60,641 bases of DNA from Promethearchaeota archaeon (GCA_048939265.1 JBHLPQ010000002.1:1-60641); one strand, 5' to 3'; positions 46,349-56,900 are shown, counted from the stretch's first letter. The notes: a model not told the origin generated them from the sequence alone. A program made the numbers and translations.

Positions 46349-47746
46349 TCACTTTCTTTTTATAACGACAGTGATTAAAAAGCTGAGGAAAAGAATGACG
46401 AGGGGGAAACCAGGGACAACCTCACCAGTAAAATCATCAGTAATATCGCGGGTGTCAGTGATTTGAGTGACCTGACTCCACTTCCCTGTGTCGGTGTGAT
46501 ACGAGACGGTAAAGAGCTCGTGTAAAAAGTTCCCTCTATTAACCTGTTGGTTCCAAAACACCCGCCAAGTGGATCCATCAGCTAATAAATCAATATTAAA
46601 AACTTTTGGTTCTTCAGGAGAATATACAGACATTTTTTTCTGGGAATAAGCGAGCTGGCTGATCGGGATCCAAGTATTATTCAAGAGATCATATGTCCAG
46701 AGCTCGATGGAGCTATTCGTGACAAATGTGGTGATAAATGAGGGATCCTCATTGAGACTCTGAAGTAGCTTAAATGTGGCGCGGGAATTTTTATCTTGGG
46801 GATCAATCTTAATAGGAAATTCGATGAGGTGCACTGAAAGATTGGTAGCTGTCAGATCAGTCAGAGTCCAGTAGAGATTCGCTTGATCATCCAGGTCAGA
46901 GGTCAGTAAATATCGATTATGGATTAATTGTGACCCATATTCTCCATGCAATCCAGTGGGCTGCCAGGTAGACCACGAATCATTTGGCAAAAGGATGGAT
47001 CGATATAAATATGAGGGAGAATACAACAATAATGAGGAATTCCTAGCCACAAAGTTCACCCCGGAGTAGCGGTGATAGAGAGTGCGTTCTGATCCAGTAG
47101 AGGGAATCACTTGGGATTGGATAGTTCCGTTTGAGAAGACAGTACTGAGAATGTAATGCTTTTCATATTCATGGTTCTGGTTTTCAAAGCTCCAAACAAC
47201 GTTTATGGCTCCATTATGTAAGTGAAAGAGGGAATGAATCCAAGAATGATCGATAGATGCCTGTAGATAGTCAGACATATCAAATTCACTGAACAGTTCT
47301 TCCAAACCTGACCATTGATTCGTCTTCCCGTCGTAAGTCATTTTGAATAATTCAGCTTCTTTACTGAAGTAAACACTGAAGTCATCTTCACGGGATTCAT
47401 TTTGAATTATCAGAAAATTAGTCATAGAATACATACCGGAGAAGGCCAGATCCTCCAGTTTAACTGGAACAGCCCAGCTACGATCCTCCAGTTCGTAAGA
47501 ATGATAAATATTAGAGTCCAATTGATCATATTCCTGAGTTTGATGAAGAAAGAGGAGATGAGTTTGGCCTGAGTCTGAGCGAAAGGCTCTAGGATGGTAG
47601 GAAGAAGAATTCCTGGAAGCTAATACAGAGGTGATCACACTAGACTGAAGGGATGCGGTTTGGGAAAACAAGAAAGCGAAGAAAAGAAGGAGGATCAGAC
47701 TCAGACTAATTGTAGTACCTGCCACGGGTTTTTGGGGAGACGTCAC
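46349..47746 (-). CDS. Secreted beta-rich protein with PGF-CTERM-like sorting signal
   Basis: 465 aa; signal peptide; C-terminus VVPGFPLVILFLSFLITVVIKRK (PGF motif, TM, basic tail). Confidence 0.75.
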   Translation of the reverse strand: MTSPQKPVAGTTISLSLILLLFFAFLFSQTASLQSSVITSVLASRNSSSYHPRAFRSDSGQTHLLFLHQTQEYDQLDSNIYHSYELEDRSWAVPVKLEDLAFSGMYSMTNFLIIQNESREDDFSVYFSKEAELFKMTYDGKTNQWSGLEELFSEFDMSDYLQASIDHSWIHSLFHLHNGAINVVWSFENQNHEYEKHYILSTVFSNGTIQSQVIPSTGSERTLYHRYSGVNFVARNSSLLLYSPSYLYRSILLPNDSWSTWQPTGLHGEYGSQLIHNRYLLTSDLDDQANLYWTLTDLTATNLSVHLIEFPIKIDPQDKNSRATFKLLQSLNEDPSFITTFVTNSSIELWTYDLLNNTWIPISQLAYSQKKMSVYSPEEPKVFNIDLLADGSTWRVFWNQQVNRGNFLHELFTVSYHTDTGKWSQVTQITDTRDITDDFTGEVVPGFPLVILFLSFLITVVIKRK

Positions 47747-48098
47747 TTGCTCTCAACTTTGAATCCTATTTAAATCACCAGATCAGCATTATTTCACTAA
47801 TAATCCACCGCAATATTTATCCTCATCAATATCATTATAGGTATCTAGATGCATCACCTTGTCCCAAGACCCGCTTCCAGTCATAATATATCCTGAAGAA
47901 GAAAGATCCTCTGCATCATAAGTGTGAAGACCCTCATGAATGGTTGTATGATCGATATTATAGTCCTTTTTAGGGCATTAATGTAGTGTGTGTGTTTTTA
48001 AGTTAAGAAGGATGAAAAAGATACAAAATCATCATTAATAATTGTATCAATAAGAATAGGTAATCCAGTCGCTATTCCCCAAAAGAAAGACAACAGCG

Positions 48099-48160
48099 GA
48101 CAAACATCAGACCGCTACTCGGGTAATTGAAGCTCCTGACTCCTTAGGCTATCTGAAGCC
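48099..48160 (+). repeat. R element, 5' part only
   Basis: GACAAACATCAGACCGCTACTCGGGTAATTGAAGCTCCTGACTCCTTAGGCTATCTGAAGCC. Confidence 0.7.
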
Positions 48161-48259
48161 TCGTGGATCCAACAGGTCTAGTAACAAATTACACACAAAA
48201 TATTGTAATTTTTTATCCCCTCTATTCATAAATACCCATATGCCTGAACAGTTCAAAGA

Positions 48260-49258
48260 GTGGGACATTTGTTCAACTCTAAACTCAAAATACAACAGAG
48301 GGAATATGAAGTGAAAAAAAGACAACTTGTAAGAATATATCTTGCATTGGCCTTGATACTCCTGGGATTGTCACTAATTTATCCTGCATACGGAGATATC
48401 AATGGAGATATTTGGATAGAAACCTGGGCAAGTTCACCCCAGTTTGACTATAGCGGGGATCCAGAAACGATGGTTACTTCACTTGAAATACTAGATCAAA
48501 TGATAGGGGGGACAATATTCCAATTTGGAATGGCAGTGTGTGTTTATCAATATCAACCCCATTTTCAAGATTACAATGAAGTGAATTTCCGCATCTCCAC
48601 GTATTTTGAATCGACAGCAATTGCTCCTTATAGACCCGTACAAGCGACAGAGGTCATACTATTCATAGAAAAAGTTGGTCCATCTTATCATTATGACGAT
48701 CAGAGGATTAAATTTGTGGTTGATTATGACATGCCATATGTAAGTGGAACGAATTTGGAGCCATGCTATGTCACAAAAGCTCGGAGTGATGCGATTGCTC
48801 AAGAAATCGAAGGATTAGCACATACTGCGCTCTCAATGGCAGTCAATTATTGTATTCCTTTCGGAGGAGTAGCGGTTGATTTCGTCGTAGGTTGGCTAAT
48901 TAGCCATGCGTATAAAATTGATACATCAGGTTCAGCATATGATAACGCAGGATGGTCATCAGGAGACACACAGGCGCACTTTGGTTGGAGCCAAAATGCA
49001 GATATTGGACCCTGGAGTCAGAATTGTCCAGATTATATTCGTCAATCTACTTTTAATTGTCTGGAATGGTATCAGAAGAAAAATGTCAATCCTGTCTACC
49101 CCATGGGAATCAAAGTATACGCCAAACTGAAGATAGATGGCCCCAATGTGGGCTGCTTTGATAGCTGCTGGTACGACACTCGTGATTACCCTGGTGGAAC
49201 AAAGTACTTGTATATCGGTCACAAAGACTATAACCTCCCTCCAGGCATCGAACCTTAA
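48260..49258 (+). CDS. Hypothetical secreted/anchored protein
   Basis: 332 aa; N-terminal TM/signal anchor, then a Trp/Tyr/Cys-rich soluble domain. No family recognised. Confidence 0.7.
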   Translation: MGHLFNSKLKIQQREYEVKKRQLVRIYLALALILLGLSLIYPAYGDINGDIWIETWASSPQFDYSGDPETMVTSLEILDQMIGGTIFQFGMAVCVYQYQPHFQDYNEVNFRISTYFESTAIAPYRPVQATEVILFIEKVGPSYHYDDQRIKFVVDYDMPYVSGTNLEPCYVTKARSDAIAQEIEGLAHTALSMAVNYCIPFGGVAVDFVVGWLISHAYKIDTSGSAYDNAGWSSGDTQAHFGWSQNADIGPWSQNCPDYIRQSTFNCLEWYQKKNVNPVYPMGIKVYAKLKIDGPNVGCFDSCWYDTRDYPGGTKYLYIGHKDYNLPPGIEP

Positions 49259-49386
49259 GGAGAACTCCTCTCCTTCTCTTTTTCTACTTATGTGGATTCA
49301 GTTAATATTATACACTCCTAGGTTTCCGATTGAATCATTTTTGCGATGGTCACAACAGACATGATTCATCAACCTCCTTTTCGATG

Positions 49387-49614
49387 TCATAATTTCAAAA
49401 AGAATAGATTGACTTCTGGGATGGGATAGCCACCATAGCTATCAAAATAACGATAGGTAGTAAACTGGATTGTACTATTAGTATAGACTTTTTCATCAAT
49501 TATTTTAAGACTGAAATGGGCGTACGGGCCTTCGGGAATCTCAGATTCATCTTTGGCTAGTAATAACTGATGGATGGTAACAAGAACTGTTAACCCCATT
49601 ATTAGAACACTCAA
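49387..49614 (-). CDS. Possible small membrane protein
   Basis: 75-aa ORF with a hydrophobic N-terminus; no other support. Confidence 0.3.
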   Translation of the reverse strand: MSVLIMGLTVLVTIHQLLLAKDESEIPEGPYAHFSLKIIDEKVYTNSTIQFTTYRYFDSYGGYPIPEVNLFFLKL

Positions 49615-49723
49615 AAGGCCCCTACAGCGAGAATTTTTGTGCGAAAATGGAGTTTATACCTCTTCACAGAGAAATTCCCTTCCTTTCTGGAGAGCTGAAA
49701 CTGCGCATGATAGCCCCTTATTA

Positions 49724-49833
49724 GACAGACATCAAACCGTTGCTCGTGTAATTGAAGTTCCTGACTCCTTAACGCTACCTGACGATAGTTCCACTCAATT
49801 TCCAATCAAGTCGCCCAGGTGCAATTAGTGGGA
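49724..49833 (+). repeat. R element, full-length copy (AT inner hairpin replaced)
   Basis: GACAGACATCAAACCGTTGCTCGTGTAATTGAAGTTCCTGACTCCTTAACGCTACCTGACGATAGTTCCACTCAATTTCCAATCAAGTCGCCCAGGTGCAATTAGTGGGA. Confidence 0.9.
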
Positions 49834-50105
49834 AAAATCAAATCAGAAATTAATCTAGTCTATTGACTAGAATTAAACCAATTTGTTCTGAGAACATTAA
49901 TTTGATTCCACGATCCAAGACTATTTAAAATCGCAAATTCAGGGAGACCTGAAAAAGAGCTGCTGATATTGAGGAAACACAACTGCCTCGCAGATTAAGA
50001 AGCCCTCAAATACTCCGAAGTCCGTATACTCCAAGATCTAGCCAGGGAAAGTCAATTCTCTTAACTGCGATTCCTGCTCCGACACAAAAATTACAACTGA
50101 TCGCC

Positions 50106-50834
50106 TTGACGTGGGATCTCCTGCGAAGTGGAATATTCGTTGTCTGGGTAATTGGGACAATCCTAAGCGTGATGTTTACTCCATGGATTCAAGATAATCT
50201 GCTACTTCCAGATACTTCAGCATATCTAGCGACTGAAAATATCACCTTAAAGTATGATCATTTCTGGTGTGAACCAGAGACCGATTTATCATTCTCTCGG
50301 GGGGACATACTAAGGATAACTTGGGTAGCAAATGGAACCATCGACTTTTACATATTGGATTACGAAAATCTGTGCGAATTTGAACAAGAAGATAATCGAT
50401 TACTTAAGAAATTTCAAACCCTATTCGAAGTAAAAGGGGAAAAGAACCTAACAACTGAGATTCAAGTGACAGAAACCGCAAGATACTATCTTGTATGGCA
50501 TTACTCACACGAAAACGCAATTAAAAACTCAGAACATGATATAGATCTCAGCTTCACAATTCAATTTCCTCCCAGCTCAAAAACTGTCATTTCACCGTTG
50601 TTGATTCTGATTGGTTTCTGTTTAATTACCTATTTTATGGTAATTCTGGTAGTCTTTGTGAAGAAATTTGCCCTCTCTCCTGTGCCCAAAGATTTAGAGG
50701 AGGAAAGAGAACCGAAGAAGGATGAGAAACGAATTCAAGAACCCCAATTATGCCCCAATTGCTATACAATAGTGCTTGGGAACGAAACGTGTTGTTCTAA
50801 ATGCGGGAGAAATACGTTCTTAGAGGACTCCTAG
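50106..50834 (+). CDS. Membrane protein with C-terminal zinc ribbon
   Basis: 242 aa (TTG start); two TM helices; CPNC...CSKCG. The terminal GAC TCC TAG lies inside the R copy. Confidence 0.7.
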   Translation: MTWDLLRSGIFVVWVIGTILSVMFTPWIQDNLLLPDTSAYLATENITLKYDHFWCEPETDLSFSRGDILRITWVANGTIDFYILDYENLCEFEQEDNRLLKKFQTLFEVKGEKNLTTEIQVTETARYYLVWHYSHENAIKNSEHDIDLSFTIQFPPSSKTVISPLLILIGFCLITYFMVILVVFVKKFALSPVPKDLEEEREPKKDEKRIQEPQLCPNCYTIVLGNETCCSKCGRNTFLEDS

Positions 50835-50921
50835 AGTCGGAACCTAGAACCCAGAACTGACATTGAAGTTCGGAAAAAATTTCAAGTTCCACTCAAGTTA
50901 CCCTGGTGTGATTAGTAGGAG
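50824..50921 (+). repeat. R element copy overlapping the stop of ORF 50106-50834
   Basis: AGGACTCCTAGAGTCGG...ACTGACATTGAAGTTCGGAAAAAATTTCAAGTTCCACTCAAGTTACCCTGGTGTGATTAGTAGGAG. Confidence 0.75.
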
Positions 50922-50937
50922 AAGCTATATTGTTGAA

Positions 50938-51459
50938 TTACTCATGTTTTGTAGCTAGAACTTTCCGAGACAAAGACCTCAAGAGCAGATCTAAGGTCTG
51001 AAGATCATTCACAGCCATCTCAAAATACTCCGCACCAAGCTCTTGAGCAAGGGATTGACCTTCAGCGTGAGTAACTACCTCATGTTCCTCAAACAGACCG
51101 ATAAAAACGATAGGGCCATCAGGAATGTGCTGTCGAAATTCAAGATACTGATCAATGGCAGCCTTGAGGAAGCGATGATTACTTTTGGAAAAAGCAAAGA
51201 CAACAGCAGAAGCACCACGGAGGTATCGAGGAAGACGGGGATGTTGGGGAGCAAAAGAAGAGTTTGTAGAAATATCAGCAAGAATAAGCTTGATTTTATC
51301 ATTATTCAGATGAATTCGTTTAGTAGGTATATCAACACCAAAAGATAATCGTTGAGTAGGATAGTATTTAGACCCTGCATAAGAATGTAAAGCAGGGGAT
51401 AATAATGCATCAGGATAACAGAAAAGACAGACCTTGAGGAGATATTCGTTCCCTACCAT
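50938..51459 (-). CDS. Degenerate Ras/Rab-like small GTPase homolog lacking the P-loop
   Basis: 173 aa; Rab-like spacing. SFGVDI matches TIGVDF, KLILADISTNS replaces KLQIWDTAGQE, and YLRGASAVVFAF matches YYRGA.G.llVyD. G1 (GxxxxGKS) is replaced by CLFCYPDA, and NKxD is absent. Confidence 0.6.
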   Translation of the reverse strand: MVGNEYLLKVCLFCYPDALLSPALHSYAGSKYYPTQRLSFGVDIPTKRIHLNNDKIKLILADISTNSSFAPQHPRLPRYLRGASAVVFAFSKSNHRFLKAAIDQYLEFRQHIPDGPIVFIGLFEEHEVVTHAEGQSLAQELGAEYFEMAVNDLQTLDLLLRSLSRKVLATKHE

Positions 51460-51513
51460 AGATACCGTTCACCAGCCACTCTTTTTCCATTCCCCCAAAA
51501 CACAAGAATAACG

Positions 51514-51635
51514 GACAGACATCAGATCATATGCTCCTTTAATTGAAGCACACGACTCCTTAACGCTACCTGACGAAAGATTTTTGGAACAAATCTCACT
51601 TTCCAATCAAGGCGCCCTGGTGCGATGAGTGGGAG
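51514..51635 (+). repeat. R element, full-length reference copy
   Basis: GACAGACATCAGATCATATGCTCCTTTAATTGAAGCACACGACTCCTTAACGCTACCTGACGAAAGATTTTTGGAACAAATCTCACTTTCCAATCAAGGCGCCCTGGTGCGATGAGTGGGAG. Confidence 0.95.
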
Positions 51636-51879
51636 TCATTCTAATTCTATTACACCACATATTGAACTTTTATTGATAGTCAAGTCATTATTAACAAAGA
51701 ATATAATCATTCTGTTGATGTGAATAGGTTTCTGGTAGAAAGACTCAATAGTTCCGACAAAAAATTTGCCATTAGTTACTTTTTTTTGAATATAGAGAAA
51801 TGTTCTCTAAACACCTGGAGAGATTCTCGAGATAGCCTTTTATTAGCTTCAGTAACTCAACTTACTAGAAGGGAGAAAC

Positions 51880-52335
51880 GTGGTAGAAGGAATCCCCTTA
51901 AACACACCAACTGTTAGTCTGGTACATATGATCAAGATAACAAAGGACAATCCAATTTTCATACCATCCAAATTCGTTGAAAACCTCAGGTTAAAGGACA
52001 AGGAAGAAGAATGGGCTGTTATGATCTTTACTTCCCCCTGTACATCAAAAATAATTAGGGTTATATCCACGAAGAGTCCAATGGTAATTAAAGTCTTCAT
52101 TGAGTGGAGCCAAACTGGACCAGACACACTACACGAGCTCGGAGTAGTTTATATGAGAAATAACATTAAAACCCTGTATAGTACATCGATATGTTTCTGT
52201 GGACATATACCCCCCCATCTTTATGAAGGGTATATCGATTCGTGTGATTTGCCTATCTCCGAAGATCAATTAAAATCAGAATTATTAGCTCTCCCCAATG
52301 CTACAAAGGTAAGGTTAACACAATACTCGTTGTAA
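51880..52335 (+). CDS. Hypothetical protein (possible SpoVT/AbrB-like N-terminus)
   Basis: 151 aa in the track; ATG 51928 (MIKITKDNP) is a plausible start. IFIPSKFVENLRLKDKEE resembles the AbrB-type motif; this is weak. Confidence 0.45.
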   Translation: MVEGIPLNTPTVSLVHMIKITKDNPIFIPSKFVENLRLKDKEEEWAVMIFTSPCTSKIIRVISTKSPMVIKVFIEWSQTGPDTLHELGVVYMRNNIKTLYSTSICFCGHIPPHLYEGYIDSCDLPISEDQLKSELLALPNATKVRLTQYSL

Positions 52336-52364
52336 TCTTTCAGTATGAGAATTATAAAAAAGGC

Positions 52365-52449
52365 GTACAAACATCAGACCGATACTCGTTTACTTGAAGC
52401 ACCTGACTCCTTCAAGCTACCTGACGAAAGAACCATCCCACTTTCCACA
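52365..52449 (+). repeat. R element copy (short-3'-end variant)
   Basis: GTACAAACATCAGACCGATACTCGTTTACTTGAAGCACCTGACTCCTTCAAGCTACCTGACGAAAGAACCATCCCACTTTCCACA; abuts the stop of ORF 52462-53487. Confidence 0.85.
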
Positions 52450-52461
52450 ATTTTTTTTAAC

Positions 52462-53487
52462 TTAACCTGCGACACCAATCCCAGGCTCTAGTGGAAGAAG
52501 GGGAAAAGACAGAAGAACCAAAATAACCCCATACACCAGAAGAATAAGGATAATTTCCCTGTTAGTTTCTGGCCATTCCTTCTTCAATAGGATCCTTAGT
52601 GGCCAGAGAATAAATGAGAGGATAACCTTTGGAAGGGGAATCATGAAGGGTGTTCGCTTCCGCCAGTTTGTAAATTCTAAATTAGCTTCTTTGAGAAAAT
52701 TATTTTCTTCGGTAATAGCCATTCCAATGATGATGAGAGTCAAGAGTAACCAAGGGAGAGTTGGAAGGGGAGGATGGGGGCCTCCAAAAGGGAAGAGCAT
52801 AGGGATAATAATGAGGCCATAATTGAAAAGTATCAAACCTAGATATTGTGGGTGTCGAGAATACCTGTAAATCCAAAAATCAATTATTGTCCTCCCTTGA
52901 AATTTGCCATAAAGCCAGGTGATAACACCAAATACAAAGATAAACAGTCCTAGGAAAATAAGAACAACCATTAAGGGTAATAATAATAACGTACCAAAAA
53001 TTCCTAAGAAAAGGACAATGTGGTGAAGATATAAGGGGAAAAGGATAATAAGGGCAGCATTGAGTAAATCTGGTGCAAAATCAAAGAAGGGTAGCCAGAG
53101 AATTCGGATGACTCCAAGACCTGCGAATAACACAGTCATGGTAAAACTAAAACTACCAAATAATGGAAGATACAGCACGTAGGAACCAAAGACACTAATC
53201 TGGTACCGTTTGACTATCAATCCAAGGAGAATAAAGACTATAGTGAGGAGAAAACACAGGTATCCAAGGGGAGCCAAGAACGCCACAATTGAATCATAGG
53301 TTTGATAAGTGTAGTCAGTCCCAATACAAGCCCATGGATCTTTGATATACTCGTCCAAAAGATCATTTAACATTAATGTAATGCTAACCATCAAGTAGAG
53401 ACCACTTATCGTAAAGATAATTGCTAAAATAATTGCCAAACATAAATTTCTAACACTTAATGATGAAGCAGGCACTATTCCCACCAT
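52462..53487 (-). CDS. Polytopic membrane methyltransferase-like protein (ICMT/PEMT family)
   Basis: 341 aa, many TM helices; YSRHPQYLGLILFNYG matches the RHPxYxG signature of the isoprenylcysteine carboxyl / phospholipid methyltransferase family. Confidence 0.65.
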   Translation of the reverse strand: MVGIVPASSLSVRNLCLAIILAIIFTISGLYLMVSITLMLNDLLDEYIKDPWACIGTDYTYQTYDSIVAFLAPLGYLCFLLTIVFILLGLIVKRYQISVFGSYVLYLPLFGSFSFTMTVLFAGLGVIRILWLPFFDFAPDLLNAALIILFPLYLHHIVLFLGIFGTLLLLPLMVVLIFLGLFIFVFGVITWLYGKFQGRTIIDFWIYRYSRHPQYLGLILFNYGLIIIPMLFPFGGPHPPLPTLPWLLLTLIIIGMAITEENNFLKEANLEFTNWRKRTPFMIPLPKVILSFILWPLRILLKKEWPETNREIILILLVYGVILVLLSFPLLPLEPGIGVAG

Positions 53488-53608
53488 ACCACTGTTCGTT
53501 ATTTGTAATCACCAATGAACAACTTCATTCAGACACATAGTAGAAAGAAGGATATTAGATTTTCGCTTGAGTCTGAAGTATCCTTGTCCTAAAAGGAGAG
53601 AAAAAGCA

Positions 53609-53728
53609 GACAGACATCAGACGGCTGGCGCTCTACTTGAAGCTGGGGACTCCTTACAGCTACCTGACGAAAGATTTTTGGAAAAATCTCACTTTCCACT
53701 CAAGGCGCCCTGGTGCGATTAGTGGGAG
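53609..53728 (+). repeat. R element, full-length reference copy
   Basis: GACAGACATCAGACGGCTGGCGCTCTACTTGAAGCTGGGGACTCCTTACAGCTACCTGACGAAAGATTTTTGGAAAAATCTCACTTTCCACTCAAGGCGCCCTGGTGCGATTAGTGGGAG. Inner hairpin is AGATTTTT (53672-53679) / AAAAATCT (53682-53689). Confidence 0.95.
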
Positions 53729-53921
53729 AGAGTTCCTCTCACAGATCCAAGACATAGGCAGCTCTTTAAAAGACCTATATAAGCAAACAAAAAGATTTAA
53801 GAGCTTTTGATTTCATTATGATAAGTTAAAAAAAATTAATGTAATGTTATTTAGAGTTTAAATGCTGGTATTATCGGTATCTCTAAATCAGGGGTTGTGA
53901 AACCAGAAAAGGGGATAAATA

Positions 53922-56900
53922 ATGAAAAAATATTGGATGTTATCAATCATCATAGTAATCATGCTTGGAATTCCTTTTGGGTTGTTTAATCAAATCTCAT
54001 TAAACAAAAAGGCAACTAACTTATCAAAGATGGATCCAGATGTGGGTTGTAAAATACTAGATGTATCACCTCCAATTCTTATAGATAATAACACTGATTT
54101 TGCTAGTCAATCATCCTCTAAGGGGTGGCCAGGGCAAGGTACGGAGCTAGAACCTTATATACTGCAAAACCTCAATATTTCGAATACTGAAAGCGGACTA
54201 ATTCATGTCAGGAATACGGATTGTCATTTTATTATTACGGATTGCTTTCTTTCGGGACTAGGGGGCAGTTACTGGGGAATTGTGTTCAGTAATGTTTCAA
54301 ATGCACAGATAATAAATACTACATCTGTCCATCTTAAGGGTGGTGCATTTAGCATTTGGGGGTCAAAACATATAACAATTATGAATTGTACATCGCATAT
54401 CGAGAGGGGAGATATGATTGGGAGGTCAAGTAACATACGAATTATTAATAACACCCTGAACCAGACTGGTGATTATTCTTATAACGATTTACTAACCGTA
54501 GATGAGACTTCTGATAGTGAAATACGGAATAATACACTGTTTCAACCATCTTCAACCTATGGAATTAAGATTGAGGAATCTAACAATAATGTAATTTCAG
54601 ATAATTTGTTAAATAATTCAAGTATTTTCCTAAGGAGGAGTGAGAAAAACACAATTATAAACAATACTGGAAGCACAAGCCGGATTTCCCTTGATGAAAC
54701 CACAAATAGCTCTATCTCTAAGAATAAGGTTAACTCTCTAAGTCTTTCTTACCATTCTAAGAATAATACTGTTCAAAATAATACTATTCTCTCTGGGCTA
54801 AGTCTTAGAGAATCAGGAAATAATGTAGTAGTAAATAACACAATGGGGCGGGGAATATCAATTTATGGGGATGAATTAGGGGATTATATTCAACGAAAAG
54901 TGGTAAATAATACAATAAAGGGGAAAAAATTAGTCTATTGGCAACATGTTAGCCAATCTACATTACCTGTCGACGTTAGCCAGATAATCTTAATTAATTG
55001 TAGCTCTATTGATATATCAAACAGAGAGTTTACTCATGAATCAAGGGGTCTTTATGCAGTTCATTGTACCTCAATATCTGTAGAACAGAACAATTTTAAT
55101 TGGTCATATCTCATTTTTTCCTCTGTAAACCAGAGTTCTATTTCAAATAATGAGTTTAAACACGGGGACCTTAATATTTATTCCTCCAATGAGCTGATAA
55201 TCGAAAACAATCAATTAGAAAGTGATTCAGATATAGATTTTTCCGAATCGAAGAATTGCTCCATTCTTGATAATAACCTTAATAATCCATATCAAGGGGT
55301 AACCCTTAGTCACAGTGACTTTATGGAAATATCCAATAACGAAATCATGAATAGTCAAAGAACAGGAATAGAATTGACCTATTCAGATAATACTACCATC
55401 ATCGCAAATAATGTGTCTCATGCAGCTGAATATGGAATTTATTTACTTTATTCCGACGAGAATTCAATCCACTCAAACAGAATTTGGAATAGCACACAAG
55501 ATGGGATATATCAATATCGATCAGATAGAAATAAAATCTGTTTTAATGTTCTCTATGAGAATCTCAACGGAATTATGTTTTCCTCGAAATGCCTAGAGAG
55601 CCTGATCTGTGGAAACCACATTTTTAGAAATTCAGAAACGGGAATATTCATGGATGGAGGAACTGCTAGTTCTTATTATCCTAAAGATAACTTCATTCTC
55701 AATAATCTGATATATAACAATGATCGCGAAGGCATTTTGTTATACAATAGTGGATCAAACGACTTATTAAACAATACAATATATGATAATGGGTTAAGCG
55801 GATTATATATGTATGATGCAGGAGGGAATCTAGTTTCAGTAAATTCAATATTCAATAATAATGGGGAGGGGGTGTCTATTTCCTCCTCTTCTTCTAATGA
55901 TATCATTGGAAACACCATCTATAACAACATTGAGTACGGGATTAATATCACTTCCAGTAACCATAATGAAGTCTATTCGAATAATTTCATTGACAATAAT
56001 TTGCAGGGAGACACTCAAGCTTATGATGTAGGCCATTATGGAGACTATGTCAATATCTTTGAAGGGAATTTTTGGAGTGAGTGGACGGAACCAGACATAA
56101 ACGATGATGGATTTGTGGACGTTCCCTATGAGATTGATGGGGAAGACAATACGACTGATGCCTTTCCTCTAACGTCTCAAGCGGCATTCCTTACATCCCC
56201 CCTCATAATTCACCCTCAAAAGGATGATACTGTTTCAAGAGTCATAGAAATTAGTTGGTATACCTTTCACTCCCAGGATAAAGATGTCACCTATTCAATT
56301 CAGGTTCTTAATTACGATTATGCATATGAATGGTTTGTAATTGCATCTGATGTGAAATCTACAACCTATATTTGGGATTCACTTGGTTTTGTAGATGGGG
56401 AATGCTATCTTAGAATTGTCGCGGAAGCGGAGGATGGGCTTAGCGCAGAGAGTCTTGTCAGAATAGTCATTCATAATCATTTTCTCACAGATATTTCAAT
56501 AATTTCTCCAGCAAGTGAGGATAAAGTCCTAACAGGGACAATATTGGTTGAATGGACCTCCGTGAATGACTCACTTGACCATTCAATAGTATATGATGTC
56601 TTCATTTCTCCAAATGGAGGAATTGATTGGGAACCCATAGAAACAGGGGTTTCTGTGACAAAATCTCTATTTGATACAACATCGGTACCAGATGGCTTCG
56701 ATTATAAATTCAAAGTCGTAGCTAGGTGTGCTGAGGGACTTCAAGTAGAAAAGGAGTCAGATAGAACCTACATTTTGAATTATTTGGAATACATGTATCA
56801 TGATCCCATCTATATAGAAAATAACTCAGATTTTGAATCACAGGCCAGTTTGAATGGATGGGACGGGGATGGGTCTGAAACAACTCCTTATATTATTGAA

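Noticed and set aside
47790-47830. Possible reverse-oriented R fragment (TTTCACTAATAATCCACCGC resembles the reverse complement of the R 3' end CCCACTAATCGCACC).
   Set aside because: Only ~14 of 18 positions match and nothing else of R follows on either side, so this is probably chance in AT-rich DNA.
47800-47975. Minus-strand ~58-codon open frame (..HEGLHTYDAEDLSSSGYIMTGSGSWDKVMHLDTYNDIDEDKYCGGLLVK) upstream of ORF 46349-47746.
   Set aside because: It has no plausible start codon near its 5' end, a stop lies immediately upstream, and no motif is recognised. It may be another gene remnant, but the support is insufficient.
49574-49828. R element as a protein-coding segment. The consensus reads LLEAHDSLTLPDERFLEKSHFPIKAPWCD-stop in one frame, and ORF 49574-49828 covers a copy.
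   Set aside because: Copies differ by indels that are not multiples of three. For example, 23 vs 24 vs 15 vs 14 nt separate CTGACG and TTTCCA. The hairpin region is replaced wholesale, and the frame is not maintained, so R is non-coding or long decayed.
51514-51635. R element as a C/D-box sRNA (CTGACGA / GCTGATGA resembles a C box).
   Set aside because: There is no matching D box (CTGA) near the 3' end and no C'/D' arrangement. At ~120 nt the element is too long, and only one copy (16778) has a canonical RTGATGA.
53609-53728. R element as a classical MITE or IS end.
   Set aside because: The outer ends (GACAGACATCAG... / ...ATTAGTGGGAG) are not terminal inverted repeats. I see no consistent target-site duplication, and the strict single orientation is atypical for cut-and-paste MITEs.
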